Source: Promethearchaeati archaeon (lineage in GTDB: Archaea > Asgardarchaeota > Heimdallarchaeia > JABLTI01). From it: a stretch of 24,705 bases of DNA. Positions 16,918 through 24,705 of this stretch are shown here, one piece after another (the stretch's first letter is position 1; each line of letters opens with the position of its first letter). Below the pieces are notes generated by a model. The model was not told the origin of the DNA. It made no database searches and saw only the letters and a program-made list of their open reading frames with translations. Both the position numbers and the translations under genes were made by a program. Location: contig JABLTI010000035.1 in assembly GCA_013166835.1 (NCBI GenBank), positions 1 to 24,705 of the forward strand, given 5' to 3'.

Positions 16918-18105
16918 TTATGCGTCCTTAACCTTCATTTGAACACAAATTTTTTCTGCTAAAACAGTGTAGGATTTTGCTGCTTTGATGACTTGATCTA
17001 TTGGAACATGTTCTATAGGTGTGTGAGAAAATTTCTCATCACCAGGTCCGAAACCAACCACTGGTAGCTTAATATCAAAAATTTCAGAAATATTTACTCC
17101 ACTATTCCATTGGCTAATTTTTGCAGTTTTTCCAAATGCAATATTTCTGGACTCTTGTATAACGTCGATTATTTCCTCTTTTTGATTTACATTATGTGGG
17201 TTGAAAAATCGTCTCAATTTTATTTCTACATCTTCTTCTTTGAAGCTATTTTTAAATAAGATTTCCAATAGTTCATTTCGAATTGTTTCTGGGTCTTCAT
17301 TTTTGAAGAATTGTCGAACCAACAAAGCTTGACAGAGATTTGGTATAGAATGTGATTCCCCTACAGTATTTGATGTTATTGAGCTAAATATCATATTTGC
17401 TTTGCCAAACCGTTTATCTTCTGGTAATACAACATTTTCCTTGAAACAATTGATCATTTTATTCATCTTTAAGATAGCATTCTCTCCTTCTTTTGGATTA
17501 CCAATATTGGACATTTTCCCTTTAGCAAGAATTTCAAAGGTAGCTTGCCCTGGATGAGCAGTATTTATTTCCAAGTTTGTAGGAGTACAGGAAACAACAA
17601 AATTCGGAGTAAGTTCGAATTTCTTAATTAATTGTTTCAAACCAACCGATTTACCAGTCTTAGTTTTTGCTAAACCAATAATAACAAAATCTCCTTTCAA
17701 TCTTGCTCGTGCTCTTTTCAAAGCACTCCCAGCACTTAGCATTGCAGCTAAAGCAGCTTTTGTATCACACGAACCTCGACCAGTAATCACTTTACCTCGT
17801 GTTCCTAATTTAGCTCCATCAATTTCCTGCGGGTTAAAAGGATTCTCCATTCCTCCCTCTGGAACGGTATCGAGATGTCCTACAAGAATAAGCGATTTAC
17901 CCCTACCTAGGCCTGGCATTATACCAACGATATTATTGTGTTCATCATATTGTACGAGATTGAAACCAGCTTTTTTCATTTCTATAGCCATAAGTGTAGC
18001 AAGTTTCTTCTCATTCCCACTTTGACTTTGGGTTTTAATCAATCGCTTAGTTAAATCTATAGCATTTTGTTCATCAACATACTCCAAGGATTTGGACATG
18101 ACCAT
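16918..18105 (-). CDS. M20 (ArgE/DapE/YgeY-like) metallopeptidase-fold protein, probably catalytically degenerate
   Basis: GHLDTV, GRGSCDTK and GFGPG...HTPIE are present. The EE motif and the E of EPT are missing. Confidence 0.85.
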   Translation of the reverse strand: MVMSKSLEYVDEQNAIDLTKRLIKTQSQSGNEKKLATLMAIEMKKAGFNLVQYDEHNNIVGIMPGLGRGKSLILVGHLDTVPEGGMENPFNPQEIDGAKLGTRGKVITGRGSCDTKAALAAMLSAGSALKRARARLKGDFVIIGLAKTKTGKSVGLKQLIKKFELTPNFVVSCTPTNLEINTAHPGQATFEILAKGKMSNIGNPKEGENAILKMNKMINCFKENVVLPEDKRFGKANMIFSSITSNTVGESHSIPNLCQALLVRQFFKNEDPETIRNELLEILFKNSFKEEDVEIKLRRFFNPHNVNQKEEIIDVIQESRNIAFGKTAKISQWNSGVNISEIFDIKLPVVGFGPGDEKFSHTPIEHVPIDQVIKAAKSYTVLAEKICVQMKVKDA

Positions 18106-18212
18106 TTTCTCCGGTTATCTATATTACTTGAACAACCCACTCTGATATCCTAATAACATAACTTCCAATATTATTACCCATTACTATGAAAAAAACTTTT
18201 TCAACATTAGAA

Positions 18213-18950
18213 TCAATTTTCTTCAAAAGATAAAGTTATTCGTTCTTTCCCTTTACCCATACTTCTTCTTTTCACTACTTTAATATTCCCAATTTCAGAA
18301 GTGTTTTTGACGTGAGTTCCTGCACACGAAGCGTGATCGTAATCATCCACAGAAATTACTCGAAAAGTTTTCACGGATTTGGGAACCATTTGAATGTAAT
18401 CAGTTTGGTATCCTTTCTCTTCCAAATATTTTATTGCTTCATCCCGTGGCATGAATGTGATTTTAACTGGTAGATTTTTTGCAATAATTTCATTTATGCC
18501 GTTTTCTATTTTCTTTAAATCCTCACCAGTTAGGGATTCTATTAGATTAAAATCAGCGCGACCATTTCTTGTGGAGATATTGTTTCCAACACATTCAGTG
18601 CTATAGTGTTCTTTCATGAATGTACTCAAGACATGAATGGCTGTATGATATCTCATATGAATTAAGCGTCTTTCCCAATCAATGCTGCAGTTAACTATTT
18701 CACCCTTGTCTGGTAATTTATCAAAGTCTTCTAAGTAATGTCTTACTTCTCCTGAGTCTCGTTTTACCATTGAAATCGTTATTGTATGATTATCAAACAA
18801 CAATGTACCAATATCACACTCTTGTCCTCCACCTTCAGGATAAAAAGCTGTTTGATCCAATACTACGTAATTCTCACCAACAGCAATAACCTTGGCTTCA
18901 AAAGATTTAATGTAATTATCTTCCATATAGAGCATTTTTGTTTGTGCCAA
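18213..18950 (-). CDS. alaXM: Alanyl-tRNA editing protein AlaX-M
   Basis: LDQTAFYPEGGGQ..D.G; Zn motifs HTAIH and CAGTH; 245 aa; TTG start with GAGGT SD. Confidence 0.92.
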   Translation of the reverse strand: MAQTKMLYMEDNYIKSFEAKVIAVGENYVVLDQTAFYPEGGGQECDIGTLLFDNHTITISMVKRDSGEVRHYLEDFDKLPDKGEIVNCSIDWERRLIHMRYHTAIHVLSTFMKEHYSTECVGNNISTRNGRADFNLIESLTGEDLKKIENGINEIIAKNLPVKITFMPRDEAIKYLEEKGYQTDYIQMVPKSVKTFRVISVDDYDHASCAGTHVKNTSEIGNIKVVKRRSMGKGKERITLSFEEN

Positions 18951-19076
18951 TATTCGACCTCAATTATTGTTATCTTTAATCCATCTCAATATTACTTTTC
19001 GCATTTAAAATCTAAAGTAATTTTTAGCATCTTTATTTGCAAAGTGAGTGGATTTTAAAATTCACGAATATCTGTT

Positions 19077-20378
19077 CTATATTCTCTCAAACATTTCAAT
19101 GAATTCCCATTCAGTTACTTCAAGGGTATTAGGGTTTCTTACGTTCTTAACATAAGCTTCCCATTCCATTTTCTTAGTCTTATTATAGATTTCAATAAAC
19201 TGTGGACCCAGAAAGTCACAAAGATACTTATCGGCATTTAATGCTGCTACTGCATCTTTTAGATTTCGTGGCACTTCAGTAACACCCATTTCCTTTCTTT
19301 TTTCTTCAGTTAATTGGTCAACGTTTAGAGTTGTTCCTTCTATAGGTTCAATCTTGTTCTTTACACCATCAAGTCCTGAAACAAGTAATAAAGCTAAAAG
19401 GAGGTAGATATTACTTGCGGAATCAGCTCCACGATATTCTATTCTTGCTGATTTTTCATAACCTGGAATTCTTATTAGAGCAGTTCTATTTGCAATGCCC
19501 CAAGAAACGTATACAGGAGCTTCATGACCCGGTACGAGTCGTTTATATGAGTTTACTAGAGGATTAAATATTGCAGTTAATCCAGCTGCATGCTTGATAA
19601 GACCACCTACAAAATGTCGTAAAGTTTCTGTTGGAACACCACCCTCAGCATTAAAGAGATTTTTTCCATCTTTATACAACATATGATGAACATGTAAACC
19701 GCTTCCCGCTTCTGTTGTATATGGTTTAGGTATGAAACTCGCGACTAATCCTGCATTCCATGAAACCATTCTTATTATTTGATAAACAGTTTGAACCATA
19801 TCTGCTGCAAGTAAAACCTCTTCCATTGCGAACTCGATTTCCATTTGTGCTGGACCCACTTCGTGATGAAGCATTTTAGGATAGATATCAAAATCCATCA
19901 TGAAATCTGTCATTGCTCTTCGAAGCTCGATTTCCGCATCGAATGGGGGAGCACTCATGTAACCACCAACATCTGCTGGTTCTCCGTCAGGGCTCATAAC
20001 ATAAAACTCGATTTCTGGTCTAACTTTGAACTCATAACCAAAATCTATTTTTGCTAGATTTATTGCTCTTTTTAAAATGCTTCTAGGGTCACTTTGCAAC
20101 GGTTGACCATGGATATCATTAACATCACAAATAACTCGAGCAATTCTCGGATCCCAAGGAAGAACATGTAAAGTAGTAAGGTCGGGAGCAATTCGCATAT
20201 CACTTTGCTGAGTTGCTAGGAAACCTACAGACGAGCCATCAATTCCTAAACCTTCCTTCAAATACTTTTCAGCATATTTCTTTGGCACTTCTACCGCTTT
20301 TAGTTCACCAGTTATACTTGTAAATTGAAATTGAACGTAATCAATCTCTGAAATAACCTTAGCAATATCTTGTTTCAA
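19077..20378 (-). CDS. glnA: Glutamine synthetase type I family
   Basis: DGSSV, PEIEFY, HHEVGPAQMEI, FIPKP...GSGLHVH, NSYKRLVPGHEAP, NRTALIRIP, RIEYR. Confidence 0.92.
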   Translation of the reverse strand: MKQDIAKVISEIDYVQFQFTSITGELKAVEVPKKYAEKYLKEGLGIDGSSVGFLATQQSDMRIAPDLTTLHVLPWDPRIARVICDVNDIHGQPLQSDPRSILKRAINLAKIDFGYEFKVRPEIEFYVMSPDGEPADVGGYMSAPPFDAEIELRRAMTDFMMDFDIYPKMLHHEVGPAQMEIEFAMEEVLLAADMVQTVYQIIRMVSWNAGLVASFIPKPYTTEAGSGLHVHHMLYKDGKNLFNAEGGVPTETLRHFVGGLIKHAAGLTAIFNPLVNSYKRLVPGHEAPVYVSWGIANRTALIRIPGYEKSARIEYRGADSASNIYLLLALLLVSGLDGVKNKIEPIEGTTLNVDQLTEEKRKEMGVTEVPRNLKDAVAALNADKYLCDFLGPQFIEIYNKTKKMEWEAYVKNVRNPNTLEVTEWEFIEMFERI

Positions 20379-20656
20379 GCTTAATTCTACTCCGTTTAAA
20401 ATCGACTTCTATTCCGGATTCAAAGAACAGAAGTTTCTATAAATTAAAGATTTTCACTATGTCACTATTTTTCCAAGAATTTTCATGGTTTGTACTTGTA
20501 CAGGTAAAGATAAATGAGGAAATTCAAGTAATAATCCTGAAAATTAAGAGTTAATTTTCAAAAGAAAAAATAACGTTTATTTATTTTGAGAGTCATTTAC
20601 TCTTAATTGGCGTTTTTAATTAGTAATTATTATTCCATCTACAGAAAAATAGGCAA

Positions 20657-22558
20657 GTGATCTGTTTGATTAAAAAGAAATTATCTAAAACTTTTGTTGT
20701 TTTTATCCTGATATTTACTGCGTTTAGCTTACAAGTTATTAGTGAGAAACCGCTCCTTTCAGCTGAGGCTGAAAGTAATGACAACAACAATGAGTTATTA
20801 TCGCAAGCAAAGAATGAAAACTTAAAATTGAAACTAGAATTTATTGGTTTTAATCCAGACTTAGTTAATGAAGCGGAAATTGAGAGTGAATTATATAATC
20901 ATTTCAAACATTCCACTTCAATACCTCAAGCTGATCTTAACTTTAATTTTGAATTCAACTACGCAGATGAATCAATTAGAAAAGCATTAGAAGATTATAT
21001 GAATTTAACTGGGGTCAATGCATCCGGAGGAGGGTATGAATTAAATATCACTTTACTCTATGAAGATCTTGCTTCTGGAAATCGTTCGGACATTTTTATT
21101 CCAAGGGATGGTTTATCCATAGATGCAGATTTAGTTAATGAATACTTGTATCAGAATCTCTATCAAGAACCAGCTGCAGATGAGCCGGGTTACACATTAT
21201 ACTTAATGAATTACTCGAACTTTGATTCACCAGATCACAAAAATGAACACTGGTATGATACCAATGGTACGAGTATTGACGCTAATGAAACTGTTACATG
21301 GTGGTATTCTGGATATCGAAATCTCTCTAAAAGAGCTGCCATGGGTTGGGGTGGAAAATATCGGTTTGCTTATATTGATCTTTCTTCTCGTTCCTGGTAT
21401 CTTGATTATGTGATAAATGCATGGGGTTCCTTAGGAATTGGTTCTCCATCTTATTACGACTATCCAGACTTAGATAATCTAACACAAACTCATGATGTAA
21501 CGACACCATTAGGAAATGCGAAATTAACTGAATATTTGGCAGATTGGATTAATTCCTACATTGGGAATGTGTTCTCGGGTCCTTGTTACGACCCTCCTTT
21601 AGGAAAATCAATATCTCTTCAAGTGAAGGTACTTAACAATTTAACGGATAATGGGTATCCAGAAGAAGATTTGTTATGGTGTATTTCTAAGCATCGAATT
21701 AAGAATCAATTAGATAATGACTTCCCATGGATTGATTGGAGAATTGAAATTGAATGGGTAGAATTAACCGATGAACCAAGTCTGTTTGATTATATACAAG
21801 CAAATACTCACGAAGACATCGATGGAAAATACATAGAGGTCTCATCAGGACTCTTTTCCGTCCTACAGAATGAGCTAGACTCGCACTTTGATATGTCTGC
21901 TGCGGATGAAGTATTACCATGTTACTTTTTCCTTACAGATAATGTAGCGTTTCGATGGTATGGAACTTCTTTTGCAGGACTGGGTGGAATGGGCTGGGAA
22001 ATTCTGAAAGCATCACAATACAGTTTATTTGAAGAAGGAAATGTTTCCAAACCAATGAGAGGCATGTCAGCGGTGATGATCCATGAATTAGGGCATTCAT
22101 TAGGATTACCGCACCCCCACAGTTTTTATGGTTGGGGTTCTAGCTTCGTTGAAGAAGTCATGAGTTACTTCTCCACCACAGAAAAATTCAGCACATTTTA
22201 CAAAGATGCTGTAGGTCGAGCTCATGCAGATGCTCATTTCTTATATGGAATTGATGAGTTTGCCAATGCTTATCAGCTCTATCTAGATGCTGGGAGTCCT
22301 TCAGAATATGATGCTACTGTAGGACTTATCAATGATACATTAGATGTAGACTTTCCTCAATATTATCGTCAAATGGATTATGATTTAGCAGCAATTGCAG
22401 CTTTAACAGCTAGAGATTTAATTCAATCTTTAATAAACGATTTACAAGGAACAAGTAGTCCAGGAAATACTACACCAACTCTCGCTCTCGGATTTTTAGC
22501 TATACTGATTTTCCCTGTCATTATCTTCGTAAACAAAGCAAAACAACGAAACAGATAG
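20657..22558 (+). CDS. Secreted, C-terminally membrane-anchored metzincin-type zinc metalloprotease
   Basis: Signal peptide (KKKLSKTFVVFILIFTAF), HELGHSLGLPH (HExxHxxGxxH), Met-turn VMSY, S/T/P spacer + TM + basic tail, and many N-x-S/T sequons. Confidence 0.85.
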   Translation: MICLIKKKLSKTFVVFILIFTAFSLQVISEKPLLSAEAESNDNNNELLSQAKNENLKLKLEFIGFNPDLVNEAEIESELYNHFKHSTSIPQADLNFNFEFNYADESIRKALEDYMNLTGVNASGGGYELNITLLYEDLASGNRSDIFIPRDGLSIDADLVNEYLYQNLYQEPAADEPGYTLYLMNYSNFDSPDHKNEHWYDTNGTSIDANETVTWWYSGYRNLSKRAAMGWGGKYRFAYIDLSSRSWYLDYVINAWGSLGIGSPSYYDYPDLDNLTQTHDVTTPLGNAKLTEYLADWINSYIGNVFSGPCYDPPLGKSISLQVKVLNNLTDNGYPEEDLLWCISKHRIKNQLDNDFPWIDWRIEIEWVELTDEPSLFDYIQANTHEDIDGKYIEVSSGLFSVLQNELDSHFDMSAADEVLPCYFFLTDNVAFRWYGTSFAGLGGMGWEILKASQYSLFEEGNVSKPMRGMSAVMIHELGHSLGLPHPHSFYGWGSSFVEEVMSYFSTTEKFSTFYKDAVGRAHADAHFLYGIDEFANAYQLYLDAGSPSEYDATVGLINDTLDVDFPQYYRQMDYDLAAIAALTARDLIQSLINDLQGTSSPGNTTPTLALGFLAILIFPVIIFVNKAKQRNR

Positions 22559-22564
22559 GAATTG

Positions 22565-22598
22565 ATAAACACCATTGCTGGTGTTTATTCCATTTTTT
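22565..22598 (+). terminator. Hairpin plus U-tract downstream of the metzincin gene
   Basis: ATAAACACCA-ttgc-TGGTGTTTAT, a perfect 10-bp stem (22565-22588), followed by TCCATTTTTT. It begins 6 nt after the stop codon. Confidence 0.65.
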
Positions 22599-22671
22599 CT
22601 CTAGACTATGCGAAATGTTTATTTAAGAAATGATTTGGTTTTATTTCAATAGATATGGAGGTGCTTTGAAG

Positions 22672-22740
22672 ATGATAATGTTTAATTTCCCGTTTAAAAT
22701 TATGTCTCCTAAAAGCATCTTTGTGGAAGTCTATTCTTAG
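22672..22740 (+). CDS. Putative 22-aa leader peptide/uORF (MIMFNFPFKIMSPKSIFVEVYS) upstream of RIO1
   Basis: Strong SD GGAGGTG at 22657-22663, 8 nt before ATG22672; TAG at 22738-22740. Confidence 0.4.
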   Translation: MIMFNFPFKIMSPKSIFVEVYS

Positions 22741-22925
22741 CTCAAATTGAGCTCTTGATTCTTTCTTAATTTTGCTTCTGTTTTAGACATTTTGAACGAG
22801 AACTTTCTGGTAGGTTTATGCTGCTTATTTCTTTGCGCTTCAAATTGCATGTTGTAATTAGCATAACTAGAGAAGGATAACGAGAACTCATTATCCACTT
22901 CAATTACTCCTATAAAATTCATAAG

Positions 22926-23966
22926 GTGATAAAAATAACAAAAGCAAATAAAAAATCAGATAAATTGTTGAAGAAAAATCAAGAAATAGAAGATGAATTA
23001 GAATTAAATGCTGAATCTTTACAAGAAGATCAATTACGTACGGATGATCTCGAAAACGCTGAAAGAGTAAAGATATCTCAGAAGATTAAAGGTACAAAAA
23101 GAGTTGTCCAAGCCACAGAAAGAGATCCAAAGGAAGCAGTTACAAGATTCGATAGACATACATTCGATCCAGGGTTTCTCAGTATGCAAACGAAGGAGAT
23201 AACCTATAAGCTACTTAGAGATGAGCTGAAAAAATACGGGATAATCAGTGATTTAGTTGCAGAAGTGAATGCAGGTAAAGAAGCTACTATCTTGGTTGCT
23301 CATTTAAGAGGTGCTCCAGTAATCGTCAAATCCTTTCGTTTGCAAAATACTTGCCATAGTAGATCAAAAGGTAACCCTCAAATGAGGGCAGCAAGCATTG
23401 CTCAAAATGAATATGATCGACTAACTCGTGCTTTCAATGCTGGAATGCGAGTGCCAACGCCTGCAAGAAAAATAAATAATGTCATAATCATGAGTTTCAT
23501 CGGTTCTGACTGGGAACCTGCACCTCAACTTAGAAATTCGACTATTGAGGACCCAGAAGAAGTCTTTGATGAAATTATTGAACAATTAAGAATCATGTAC
23601 AGAAAAGCAAAGCTCATTCATGGAGACTTCTCGGAGTACAATATTCTTCTACACAATGGCAAGCCAGTAATCATCGACTTCCCACAAGCAATTGATATAA
23701 GCTTAGTTACCTCACGATATACTCATATACGGGAAAAAAACCTACAAGTGCTTCGAAAAGATATAGAAACAATTGGAAAATTCTTTGAAAGAGAATACAA
23801 CTTAACCTATGGTTTCGATGAAGTGTATCGATATATCGCTGGTAAAGATCTTGATTTTGAAAAAGTCGATTATTCAATTGAAGAGATTGAAAAAATGATT
23901 GGTTTTAAAGGATCGCAACCAGTGATTAGAGATAAAGCATTATTATCCAATAACTACCAACAATGA
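22926..23966 (+). CDS. rio1: RIO-family (RIO1-like) atypical serine/threonine kinase/ATPase
   Basis: P-loop AGKEA, catalytic loop LIHGDFSEYNIL, metal-binding IIDFPQAI, LRKDIETIGKFF; charged N-terminal extension. Confidence 0.88.
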   Translation: MIKITKANKKSDKLLKKNQEIEDELELNAESLQEDQLRTDDLENAERVKISQKIKGTKRVVQATERDPKEAVTRFDRHTFDPGFLSMQTKEITYKLLRDELKKYGIISDLVAEVNAGKEATILVAHLRGAPVIVKSFRLQNTCHSRSKGNPQMRAASIAQNEYDRLTRAFNAGMRVPTPARKINNVIIMSFIGSDWEPAPQLRNSTIEDPEEVFDEIIEQLRIMYRKAKLIHGDFSEYNILLHNGKPVIIDFPQAIDISLVTSRYTHIREKNLQVLRKDIETIGKFFEREYNLTYGFDEVYRYIAGKDLDFEKVDYSIEEIEKMIGFKGSQPVIRDKALLSNNYQQ

Positions 23967-23980
23967 TTGGTAGTTCTTTT
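23952..23980. terminator. Hairpin between convergent RIO1 and radical SAM genes
   Basis: AACTACCAA-caatga-TTGGTAGTT, a perfect 9-bp stem followed by CTTTT. The RIO1 stop codon lies in the loop. Confidence 0.55.
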
Positions 23981-24705
23981 CACTTTTTCTGTACGTAAGA
24001 ATCAAGAACGCTTTGGGTGTCTTTTTTCGATTTCCACTGCCCAGGACTAAATTTATCTAAATTATATTTTCCTCTATATTGTCTAAATAACAGATTAATT
24101 TTCTCCTGGTATTTTTTTGGTGGTGACCTTCTTTTATAGAATAATTTGTATTTCTCAACTAAATCTGGATAGTGTTTTTCAATAAACTCAAAAAAGCGAT
24201 TCTTAGTTGATCCAGTTAAGTAGAGAATTCCGGGAATTACGTAATTAGCTCCCGTTTCACTCACTGCTTTGAATAGTTCATCGATTTCATCTTCTGTATC
24301 ATTAAGGAATGGTATAATTGGCATTAGTAAAACACCAACATTAATACCACTCGCTCGAAGTTCACTTAGCGCTTCTAATCTTTTCTGAGTAGATGAAGCT
24401 CTTGGTTCAACTTTTTTTCTAATTTGATCATTTATAGAGGAGATAGAAATGACGACATCAACGTGTGAGTCTTGAGACATCTCAGCAAGAATATCTTTAT
24501 CTCGAGTAACTAAACTCGATTTTGTAGCAACTGTAAGTGGTGTTTTGTATCTTTGAAACTCTAATAACATTTCACGTGTAATTTTATACTTTCGTTCTAT
24601 TGGCTGATATGGATCACATACTGACCCTAAATTTACGAGCTCATTTTTCCATTTAGGGTTCGCTAACTCCTTGCGGAGAATCTTTGCAGCATTTTTCTTT
24701 ACAAT
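23980..24705 (-). CDS. Radical SAM protein of the SplB-like/Rv2578c family, 5'-truncated by the window edge
   Basis: The frame stays open upstream of the listed ATG to the window end: IVKKNAAKILRKEL...GSVCDPYQPIERKYKITREML, then TKSSLVTRD.D, EPRASS...RL and MPIIPFLND. The CxxxCxxC motif would lie outside the window. Confidence 0.85.
   Translation of the reverse strand: MVKKNAAKILRKELANPKWKNELVNLGSVCDPYQPIERKYKITREMLLEFQRYKTPLTVATKSSLVTRDKDILAEMSQDSHVDVVISISSINDQIRKKVEPRASSTQKRLEALSELRASGINVGVLLMPIIPFLNDTEDEIDELFKAVSETGANYVIPGILYLTGSTKNRFFEFIEKHYPDLVEKYKLFYKRRSPPKKYQEKINLLFRQYRGKYNLDKFSPGQWKSKKDTQSVLDSYVQKK

Noticed and set aside
16918-18105. Idea that the inactive peptidase-fold protein is a nicastrin equivalent for the presenilin
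   Set aside because: Nicastrin is an extracellular M28-like type I membrane protein; this protein is M20-like with no signal peptide or TM segment.
20380-20656. Palindromic bits in the glnA/metzincin divergent region (TGTACTTGTACA; AATTAAGAGT...ACTCTTAATT) as nitrogen-regulator boxes
   Set aside because: They do not fit GlnR/TnrA (TGTNA-N7-TNACA) or NrpR (GGAA-N6-TTCC) spacing, and such matches are expected by chance in AT-rich DNA.
18786-21920. ORFs 18786-19058, 19845-20057, 21222-21413, 21327-21509 and 21699-21920
   Set aside because: They overlap well-supported genes and have no recognisable features.
22737-22922. 61-aa minus-strand ORF in the RIO1 upstream region
   Set aside because: It starts 3 nt from the divergent RIO1 start with no room for promoters and has no motif, so it is probably spurious, though not excluded.
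1-24705. tRNA/rRNA genes, inteins, transposases, integrases
   Set aside because: No GC-rich cloverleaf or rRNA-like segment in the intergenic gaps, no intein-like insertions in infB or top6, and no recombinase motifs seen.

Overview
AT-rich archaeal chromosomal segment with no mobile element, CRISPR array, rRNA or tRNA that I could recognise. The informational genes are archaeal-type: uS2, aIF5B, Top6A/Top6B, class IIb Asn/Asp-tRNA synthetase, AlaX-M and RIO1. They sit beside several eukaryotic-signature-like genes, which suggests an Asgard archaeon (inference). Most notable: (1) a Top6B with a ~600-aa C-terminal extension containing three ~105-aa tandem helix-hairpin-helix modules and a Lys/Pro-rich linker; (2) a longin-wHTH-linker protein with two tandem DENN-like domains; (3) a presenilin with eukaryote-like motifs and an acidic TM6-TM7 loop, preceded by a tiny 2-TM protein. 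Also present: an M20-fold probable pseudo-enzyme, an Asx-tRNA synthetase with mixed Asp/Asn determinants, an H1-like Lys-rich repeat on aIF5B, a membrane-anchored metzincin, and an SD-led uORF plus hairpin upstream of RIO1. All family calls come from motif recognition by eye; no searches were run.
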